From IMG/VR virus record IMGVR_UViG_3300034683_000192, positions 64,001 to 128,000 of that record: a DNA stretch of 64,000 bases. The stretch is one strand, 5' to 3'. Under the pieces are notes generated by a model. That model made no database searches and was not told the origin of the DNA. It was given only the letters and a program-made list of their open reading frames with translations. Shown here in pieces: positions 57,126-64,000 of this stretch (position 1 is its first letter; each line of letters starts with the position of its first letter). Position numbers and translations under genes: made by a program. This DNA is from a virus.

Positions 57126-57593
57126 TTACTCCAAGAGGTAAACATGGTTACAGGCATCTTTCAAATGCCTGATAATTTCTCGTCTAACTACATTCCAATC
57201 CAATCCACCATATCCACACCCTAGCTTGGGAATGGCGATAGAATGTATCTCTCTAGATACTATTTCTTCTCTGAGAGCTATTAAACCTTTGGTTATGTAG
57301 GACACATCAGAAGGATCTTTCCAATGAAGTTTCGTTGGAAAGTTAATGATAAAATTCGGAGTTTGTTTAGTAGAAGTAATGAACACATACATAATTCCAG
57401 GACGTAAGGTATTATTCATGCAGGCCTTAGCATATTCACGAAACATCTCAGGATATTTCAATCGAAATTGTCTAGCTAATCCGGCGCCCATTACTCCGAC
57501 ACAATTTACGGGATTGACAATTGCGTCGGTTTTCATGGTAAAGATATCTTGAGAAATTAAGCTATGGAACATGGTTTGCCTCCGACATGACAT
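57126..57593 (-). CDS. Macrodomain ADP-ribosylglycohydrolase, DarG-like
   Basis: IVNPVNCVGVMGAGLARQF, IINFPTKLHW, SIAIPKLGCGYGGLDW. Confidence 0.9.
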   Translation of the reverse strand: MSCRRQTMFHSLISQDIFTMKTDAIVNPVNCVGVMGAGLARQFRLKYPEMFREYAKACMNNTLRPGIMYVFITSTKQTPNFIINFPTKLHWKDPSDVSYITKGLIALREEIVSREIHSIAIPKLGCGYGGLDWNVVRREIIRHLKDACNHVYLLE

Positions 57594-57646
57594 AGGGATA
57601 CATTGTAAGAGGGGACATCCTTTCGGATGTCCCCTCTACGATTCTA

Positions 57647-58699
57647 CTACATTTGAACAATATTGACGGTACCATTTCCACCTTTACCACCGGCGACATT
57701 TCCCGTACCACCATTTCCGCCATTGGCAACGATCTTGGAAATATCGTTGATACTTCCCTTGTGGAAGATATGAATGGCTCCGCCACCAGATCCACCACCA
57801 CCGACTTTATGTGTCCCACCAGAACCATTACCACCAGCAACACCATTGGCTTCAATTGCTCCGGCAGGTCCTATGATGATATCACCATCGACAAAAAGGA
57901 TCATCAACCCTCCGGTACCAGTTCCTCCAGCAGTACCACCAGTACCACTTACGAGAATCTTTCCGTGTGTTCCACCAGGATTCCCAGCACCTCCCCCTGC
58001 AGTTCTTCCGTATCTACCACCATCAGTATCTTTGGCTACGCCATTCCCACCTTTTCCACCGTCAACTGCACCATCTTGTGCAGATCCTGAGTTACCATAG
58101 AGGTTCACTCCACCACCACCAGTGCCGCCGGAAAATGATGTACCTGCGTTCCCGCGACCAGCATTACCAGATCCTCCACCACCAGTAGTTCTTCCACCAG
58201 AGCCACCACCGCCACAGGCACCATTTACACCAATGTTTCCATTGGCACGCGATGAGTTTGCAGGGTATGCGGAAATAGCTCCACCAGTAGGACCAATGAA
58301 GGGGATATTTTCTGGAGTAAAGATATCACTACTGTGGAAATAGACTACTTTGTTTTCGTGATCTATTCCTACGAATTTTCCAGGAACATTGGCACCCCTC
58401 GCAGACATCGAAAGGCGACCATTCACAGTCAGATTTCCTCTGATGTGAATGTATAACCCCATACATCTGTTCGAGGGTCTCACGAGATGACCAGCATTGA
58501 CAGTAAAATCGTCAAATGTAAGAAGAACTGGATCTCCATCAAGAATGGATGCAAATTCGTCAGTAGTAGTGACACCAGTAGAAACGAAATTACCTGCCGA
58601 TTCTGGAAAACTTAATGCACGTTCGGCAGGAAGAAGAGGCTCTGCGTATTTTTTACGCAACTTATATCCGGCGTCTGTAAGTTCAATAGCTATCGGCAT
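57647..58699 (-). CDS. Glycine-rich putative adhesin/tail-tip protein (paralog 2 of 3)
   Basis: Same N-terminal block and GGxGSVNIVQ-type C-terminus as 31841 and 58776. Confidence 0.65.
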   Translation of the reverse strand: MPIAIELTDAGYKLRKKYAEPLLPAERALSFPESAGNFVSTGVTTTDEFASILDGDPVLLTFDDFTVNAGHLVRPSNRCMGLYIHIRGNLTVNGRLSMSARGANVPGKFVGIDHENKVVYFHSSDIFTPENIPFIGPTGGAISAYPANSSRANGNIGVNGACGGGGSGGRTTGGGGSGNAGRGNAGTSFSGGTGGGGVNLYGNSGSAQDGAVDGGKGGNGVAKDTDGGRYGRTAGGGAGNPGGTHGKILVSGTGGTAGGTGTGGLMILFVDGDIIIGPAGAIEANGVAGGNGSGGTHKVGGGGSGGGAIHIFHKGSINDISKIVANGGNGGTGNVAGGKGGNGTVNIVQM

Positions 58700-58775
58700 G
58701 AATATTCTCCGGTGGATTTAGTTAATGGACATAGTATTCCTGAAAGGAGATCCCTATGGGATCTCCTCTGTGCCG

Positions 58776-59888
58776 CTATATTTGTACTATATTGACAGAT
58801 CCATTCCCACCTTTACCTCCAATCGAAGGGGCAGATGGCGATGTTCCACCATTTCCACCAATTGCTTTAATCTTTGTCGGATCATTGATTGTACCTTTAT
58901 GGAAGATGTGAATTGATCCACCTCCGGAGCCTCCTCCACCAGGACCATTATGACTGGTTCCAGTAGGACGACCAGCTCCACCAGCAGATCCATTGGAGTT
59001 GATTTCTCCTGAAGCTCCAAAAATAATCTTTCCACCAACAATAAGGACAATCAGCCCACCTGTACCAGTCTCACCGGGAGCACACAATCCAGGTCTAGCG
59101 GTAGCTCCACCGGGATTCCCTGCACCACCAGGAGCAGATGTCAGTGTTATTCCGAGTGATGTTGCAGGGTTGTATACAAATTTACCATCTCCACCCTTAC
59201 CAGCATTTTCTCCAGCATTTTCACAGATGGCCGATGCTTCATAACCAGTCGCACCACCACTCCCAGATCCACCAGAGAAAGAGGTACCTGCACCGCCATT
59301 ACCAGATTTTGCATATGCTGCAGTATATCCGGTACGGTTGGGAACACTTGCCATCGCACCACCCGATCCACCACCACCAGAACATCTGGATTTGATTCCG
59401 CCAGCAATACCCAATGCATATGCATTTCCTGCGGTAGGACGTGATGCAGCAACTCCTACCGCACCTACTCCACCTACGGCAGGAATGACATATACTTCGG
59501 GAACTGCGCTATATTTGTCTTGATCAGTGAATGCAAAAAATTTGTTAGCAGGATCAATATTCACGAACTTACCCGGAGCATTCGCTCCTCTGGAGGTCAT
59601 AGTCAATAGACCATTGATGGTAAGATCACCTTCGATGTAAATAAACATTCCTTTGCATCGATTTTTGGGTCGAACAATATGACCAGCATTGATGGTCATA
59701 TTTTTGAAAGAAAGAACAACTGGATCTCCATCTACAGTAGATTCAAATTCATCTGTGGTAGTAACTCCGGATGAAATAAAATCTTCAGTAGGAATGGAAA
59801 ATTTGAATCCAGGATCTGCGATCAATTCGCCAGCATATCTTGCCTGTAATGCACTACCAGCATTAGGAAGTTCAATCGCTAAGGGCAT
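58776..59888 (-). CDS. Glycine-rich putative adhesin/tail-tip protein (paralog 3 of 3)
   Basis: Tandem paralog of 57647; the upstream leaders of the two genes are also homologous. Confidence 0.65.
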   Translation of the reverse strand: MPLAIELPNAGSALQARYAGELIADPGFKFSIPTEDFISSGVTTTDEFESTVDGDPVVLSFKNMTINAGHIVRPKNRCKGMFIYIEGDLTINGLLTMTSRGANAPGKFVNIDPANKFFAFTDQDKYSAVPEVYVIPAVGGVGAVGVAASRPTAGNAYALGIAGGIKSRCSGGGGSGGAMASVPNRTGYTAAYAKSGNGGAGTSFSGGSGSGGATGYEASAICENAGENAGKGGDGKFVYNPATSLGITLTSAPGGAGNPGGATARPGLCAPGETGTGGLIVLIVGGKIIFGASGEINSNGSAGGAGRPTGTSHNGPGGGGSGGGSIHIFHKGTINDPTKIKAIGGNGGTSPSAPSIGGKGGNGSVNIVQI

Positions 59889-59944
59889 GAGAATTCTCCA
59901 GTGGATTTTGATTTAAGAACATAGTATTTTGAACAAAAAATAAA

Positions 59945-59974
59945 CAGATGGAGGGCGTTTCCGCCCTCCATCTG
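59945..59974 (-). terminator. Hairpin plus TTTATTTTTTG after the helicase gene
   Basis: CAGATGGAGGGCG-TTTC-CGCCCTCCATCTG. Confidence 0.75.
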
Positions 59975-59976
59975 CA

Positions 59977-61452
59977 CTACGCACGAAGCGTTTCTGCACT
60001 GTACTTCAAGGCTCTGTGTCTATATACGCGAGCTCTCGATTGGTAGTGAGCTATTTGTCTGCTAAGATTTCCATTGTAGATATCTACGAATTCTGGAATG
60101 TTACCACTCTTAAGAACACGTAAACGTCCGAGTCTCTGTTCTGCTCCAGGTTCACTACCATCTGAATCCGTACGAATGACCGTGCGAAGCATGGCAATGT
60201 CAGTCCCTGTACCACATGCTTTAGGATTCCCGATGATGATGTCGGAAATCTCTTTATTCTCTTCGGGATCGTCCCCAAAGAATGTATTCACTTTAAGATC
60301 AGGAAATTCACATTCCAGATATCGCTTGATCATTTCACCGAATGCACGAGTGAACCCAAATATCAGTAACTTTTCTCCAGGTTCTTTAACTCGCATGTAG
60401 TGTATATTGATTATTGGAATAAGTACATTCCGTAAGAATCTTTGTCTTACTTTCGGGTTATTCTGAATATACCCTTCGTATCTCGGATGAGAATAGCCGT
60501 GAAATGTATTGAACATCGATTCTTTTGGAATGTCCAGAAAATATTGATATCCTGTCACATTAACGTATTTGTGGTATTCCCCACCACTCACGAGCATTGA
60601 GTCGGGATAAATCAGATCGAATATTGCTCGTTCACTTCTCTTGCTTCTCTTAGGCGTAGCAGAGAGATATCCATTGTGCTGAATAATAGACAAAAGATCG
60701 ATTGTGACCAGTGTATGAAAACAAAGATGAAATTCATCGAAGAATTTTGCGCCAATCCCATAGTGCTTCTGAAAGTCCTCCCAAGTGGGCATTCCTTCAT
60801 AGCTACCAAGACCCTGGGCAAATGCTTTAAGCGTGTCTAATGACGCTATGAATATCTTTGGCATCAATTCAGATGCCATGAGTCTGATGACCGAGTTTGC
60901 TCCTTTAAGAACATAGACGTCATCTTCTTTGATATCTAATTGCTCAAGAACGGCATTTTTCCACTGATCAAGTAGACCATCCGAGACGATCATAGATGCC
61001 ACACCCATCTTTACGATAGCGGCATTGGCACTGAATGTCTTTCCTTTTCCTGTCTGCAAATCTGACCCACGCATAGGTAGGTTTTCATTTGCCAGATGAT
61101 CCACTACAGGAACTTGATATTCTCGAACTTCCCAGCCTTTGCGTAATTTGATGCATATTTTTCTTGGAGGAGCTACTTCTCCTTCAAACACTTCGTAGGG
61201 TATTTTTTGGAAAGTCAAGGAATCTTCAATAGAAGAAAGAAGCTGTCTAGGAACTCGCATTTCTCCATTTACGCGATCGTAAATGTAATATCTGTTCAGC
61301 AGTACAAACTTTCTGGAATTCTTATCGAATTCCATTTCTCGGCACTTATCAAGTACCCGGCGTATATCCCCTTTTCCATTCGCAACATCTCCGTTTTTTG
61401 AGCAACGGATTGCTACAAATGTGGGGTATACCGTTATGCACACAGGATCCAT
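59977..61452 (-). CDS. Superfamily 2 helicase (UvsW/phiKZ gp75-like)
   Basis: VREYQ, QTGKGKT (motif I), FFDEFH (II), LSATP (III), QRLGRLR (VI). Confidence 0.88.
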   Translation of the reverse strand: MDPVCITVYPTFVAIRCSKNGDVANGKGDIRRVLDKCREMEFDKNSRKFVLLNRYYIYDRVNGEMRVPRQLLSSIEDSLTFQKIPYEVFEGEVAPPRKICIKLRKGWEVREYQVPVVDHLANENLPMRGSDLQTGKGKTFSANAAIVKMGVASMIVSDGLLDQWKNAVLEQLDIKEDDVYVLKGANSVIRLMASELMPKIFIASLDTLKAFAQGLGSYEGMPTWEDFQKHYGIGAKFFDEFHLCFHTLVTIDLLSIIQHNGYLSATPKRSKRSERAIFDLIYPDSMLVSGGEYHKYVNVTGYQYFLDIPKESMFNTFHGYSHPRYEGYIQNNPKVRQRFLRNVLIPIINIHYMRVKEPGEKLLIFGFTRAFGEMIKRYLECEFPDLKVNTFFGDDPEENKEISDIIIGNPKACGTGTDIAMLRTVIRTDSDGSEPGAEQRLGRLRVLKSGNIPEFVDIYNGNLSRQIAHYQSRARVYRHRALKYSAETLRA

Positions 61453-61535
61453 TAATAATCCTCGGTTAAAGGTTACATAAAATTTGCATACTGTTTGTAG
61501 AGATACACCGGGAGATTTCTCTCCCGGTGCAAGAA

Positions 61536-62294
61536 TCAGTCGACGATGATCCAGTCGGAATCAGCGGTCTTCTTCCACTTGAGAGGAAGAGAGAACACCT
61601 GACAAAGATAGACCAGAGAGTTGATGATCTGTGCTGCCATCACGTCAGAATTGATGGGACGATTATCCTTCTTGTTGGTGAGGTATTGATGCCACACCGA
61701 AAGATGGATAAACAACGTATTTACGTCGTCATCGTCTTCGTCGAGATCTTCGTGACGTATGTCGTACAGTTCCGCAGGAACGACCGCTGTATAGGTAAAG
61801 ATAGTTTCCTGCATGACAGGATAGACTCCGAGACCCTCAGCGACGAGCTTTGATGCATCTTCGTTGGATACACCTTTAAGTTCTGCGGTAAACAATACGC
61901 GATTCTCGCGATTTCTTTCTTCGATACCTCGGACAATCTCAGCGTATCGTTTTTTGGCAGCTGCTATCTCTTCAGGAGTTGCGCAGATTTCATTTGCCCA
62001 AATCGATACTTCTTTATCGCCGACTTTGACGACGGATGAAGAAGGAATATTGGGGTCAGTGACATTATCACCAGCAAACCCCTCGATTTCATCGGACATG
62101 CGCCCTACTGATTTGGAGAGATCTTCTTTGGCCGCAGGATGCATATCAACGTAGATGACATCCTTGGTAACCTCGTGTGTGACGACAAGTTTACCTTTGG
62201 TGGTATCCACATAGATCGGATCATCCTTACGATCTGTACCTTCCAAGGAAAAATCATCCTCGGAGACAATGTTAAGTTTTGCCATACTGTCCAC
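61536..62294 (-). CDS. Acidic hypothetical protein
   Basis: 252-aa ORF. Confidence 0.7.
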   Translation of the reverse strand: MDSMAKLNIVSEDDFSLEGTDRKDDPIYVDTTKGKLVVTHEVTKDVIYVDMHPAAKEDLSKSVGRMSDEIEGFAGDNVTDPNIPSSSVVKVGDKEVSIWANEICATPEEIAAAKKRYAEIVRGIEERNRENRVLFTAELKGVSNEDASKLVAEGLGVYPVMQETIFTYTAVVPAELYDIRHEDLDEDDDDVNTLFIHLSVWHQYLTNKKDNRPINSDVMAAQIINSLVYLCQVFSLPLKWKKTADSDWIIVD

Positions 62295-62298
62295 TCAC

Positions 62299-62793
62299 TT
62301 ATTCGGGGAGATTATCGACCTTCGGCCGATTCACGCCATTGATCGCCCACTGAAGAACACCACCGAGGAATTCCCAGAGTTTCGGGCGAATTCTTCCTGC
62401 GCAAACCGATTTTCCGATCTCGTGAGAGAAAGTCTTGATATTCACGGAAGAGGATGCTTCAGTATGTACGTAACCATGCCTGGTCATGACTTCGAGAAGA
62501 GAGATCTTCTTCTCGTATCCTTCAGTCGGGTGATACATGTTCGTTTCGGTATCCCTGACCAGACACACGAAATTCTCGACGTCCGTTTCGAGAATTGAGA
62601 GATTTTCTACATCGACTTCATCGGGTCGAGTTTCAAGCTCAAAGTACCGCTGAGCGATCACACTTGCAGGTGCCCAGGATACGTATCCGTCGATGTATGT
62701 AACTTTGTAACCAGGTTCACCAGTCTCGAAGTGTGCCTGAGGTTCAGCAGTGATGAGATTGATACCGATCAGATATTTCTTTTCCGAAGACAT
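62299..62793 (-). CDS. Phage N4 Gp49/Sf6 gp66-family protein with an extra N-terminal domain
   Basis: C-terminal MTRHGYVHTEASSSVNIKTFSHEIGKSVCAGRIRPKLWEFLGGVLQ; N-terminal KYLIGINLITAEP...GYKVTYIDGYVSWAP. Confidence 0.65.
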   Translation of the reverse strand: MSSEKKYLIGINLITAEPQAHFETGEPGYKVTYIDGYVSWAPASVIAQRYFELETRPDEVDVENLSILETDVENFVCLVRDTETNMYHPTEGYEKKISLLEVMTRHGYVHTEASSSVNIKTFSHEIGKSVCAGRIRPKLWEFLGGVLQWAINGVNRPKVDNLPE

Positions 62794-62866
62794 ATATGTT
62801 CCTTTGTTTTGTGGTTACAAAAAGAATAAGGCTCCGTACCCACAAAGGATACGGAGCCCCGATATC

Positions 62867-64000
62867 TTACCGAATCCAATCGTAGGAGAGACCGTAGTTC
62901 CGGTCAAACGCACCCACAACTCTGGAGACGGTATACATCGTCGGATCCGCGAATCTCTTCTTGTGTTCTTCGTACGAGAATTGTCCAGAGTACGTCCTGT
63001 TATGGATGATATCTGGAGTATTCCCGAAAATCACATGATCCAGATCTTCCACTATCGGAATATCCCACCGATCCTTATCGGTGATCATGTGTGCTTTCAA
63101 AATCATCTCGAGATGGAGAATGTTCGTCTTTGGAACTTTCGACCAGACAAGGTCGCAGAAGTGATCGAGCGCTTGTCCGAATGATTTGTATTTCGACAAT
63201 CCATTGCTCTCGAGGAATTTGATAACCGAGAGAACATAGGCATACGTCGAGTCGTTGACGATCGCTGCACGAAAGATCGGTATGGTCGGGATATCCTGCA
63301 TAGGAATCCACAGAACATTTTCATCGACCACGAGATCGATGTACTTTTCCTTCATGTACAGAAGAAACTCCATCGTCAGAAATGGCTTTTGACCATCGAC
63401 AATGAGAGGAAATTCTGACATGATACCAGATGGATCTTTCACCAGAATCGAGGATATGCTACTGAATCGATCTTCTGGAAGTGCAGCATCTTCTGTCAAT
63501 TCCAAAAGGTCGGACTGTGTTCCGTAGAAGTCATCGAAAAGAATCCCTACGGACCACGGCTCTTTGACATTTTTGAATTCAGGAGTCAGATGAATACCAT
63601 CTTCTTTTCGAACCAGAAAGTCTGTCGCTTGTGTCGGAATCACGTACAGTTGTGACAGAGTCTTGATCAGGTGTTTTGTTGAGAGAATCATCTGGGATAC
63701 CTGGGACACCACTTCCGATGCCGAGTTAATCCCGATGTTAATCCCGTTACTGTTCTTGAATTCGAATCCCTGAAGGAACTTGGGATACTCTTCAGAGATC
63801 CCTCGAACCGACAAGTTACGAAGAAGAAGTCCACCGCAGACCATGCATACGCCATCAGTATGACGACAACCACCAGGAGTGATCATGTTTACTTCATGGT
63901 CGATGAAGGACTTGATGTTTCTGCTCGTGAGAGGAATGATGCTACCATCATCCAGAATGATGAATTTTCCGACATAGTTCTTTGCGAAGCTTGCGCGAAT
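62867..64000 (-). CDS. Partial CDS (runs off the right edge): non-virion RNA polymerase beta-prime subunit, phiKZ gp74-like C-terminal region
   Basis: Frame is open to base 64000. Zn-binding CRHTDGVCMVCG, NIGINSASEVVSQVSQMILSTKH (trigger-loop-like), HLEMILK; lies upstream of a gp75-like helicase. Confidence 0.75.
   Translation of the reverse strand: MRASFAKNYVGKFIILDDGSIIPLTSRNIKSFIDHEVNMITPGGCRHTDGVCMVCGGLLLRNLSVRGISEEYPKFLQGFEFKNSNGINIGINSASEVVSQVSQMILSTKHLIKTLSQLYVIPTQATDFLVRKEDGIHLTPEFKNVKEPWSVGILFDDFYGTQSDLLELTEDAALPEDRFSSISSILVKDPSGIMSEFPLIVDGQKPFLTMEFLLYMKEKYIDLVVDENVLWIPMQDIPTIPIFRAAIVNDSTYAYVLSVIKFLESNGLSKYKSFGQALDHFCDLVWSKVPKTNILHLEMILKAHMITDKDRWDIPIVEDLDHVIFGNTPDIIHNRTYSGQFSYEEHKKRFADPTMYTVSRVVGAFDRNYGLSYDWIR

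Noticed and set aside
31841-59888. Diversity-generating retroelement acting on the adhesin paralogs
   Set aside because: No reverse transcriptase, and no near-identical template/variable repeat pair differing only at adenines; the paralogs diverge throughout.
1300-61529. CRISPR array, REP-like repeat family or transposon ends among the palindromes
   Set aside because: The palindromes differ in sequence, are single and intergenic, and have no spacers, transposase or cas genes nearby.
1-64000. DatZ, MazZ or DpoZ partner genes for PurZ
   Set aside because: I found no HD-domain, MazG-like or family A polymerase ORF in the window; they may lie elsewhere.

Overview
This 64-kb window comes from a phiKZ-like jumbo phage genome (Chimalliviridae-like). 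Almost all genes are on the minus strand. Hallmarks: split virion RNA polymerase subunits (beta-N partial at the left edge, beta-prime with GADYDGD at 11070-12761), a ~2000-aa tail/tape-measure protein next to a gp182-like structural gene, a partial non-virion RNAP beta-prime subunit at the right edge close to an SF2 helicase, and repeated TATATTAC motifs like the phiKZ early promoter. It carries anaerobic nucleotide metabolism (NrdD with two inteins, NrdG, Tmk, dUTPase), four tRNA or tRNA-like genes and a tmRNA. The Tmk, dUTPase and an XRE regulator look like Desulfovibrio-type proteins, which suggests an anaerobic sulfate-reducer host (inference). The most striking item is a canonical-looking PurZ (GSTGKG, 33761-34993), the committed enzyme of 2-aminoadenine (Z-base) synthesis, in a jumbo-phage lineage where I do not know of it. 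Its usual partners DatZ and MazZ were not recognisable in the window. Other notable items: a probable Pro-initiated, class-3-like mini-intein splitting the NrdD active-site CC motif; a VgrG3-type muramidase domain in the tail protein; three glycine-rich adhesin-like paralogs, one beside an unannotated small lipoprotein; anti-defence candidates (NADAR, DarG-like macrodomain, SLOG, Gp49/Acb4-like); and candidate structured ncRNAs. All family calls come from motif recognition by eye; no database searches were run.
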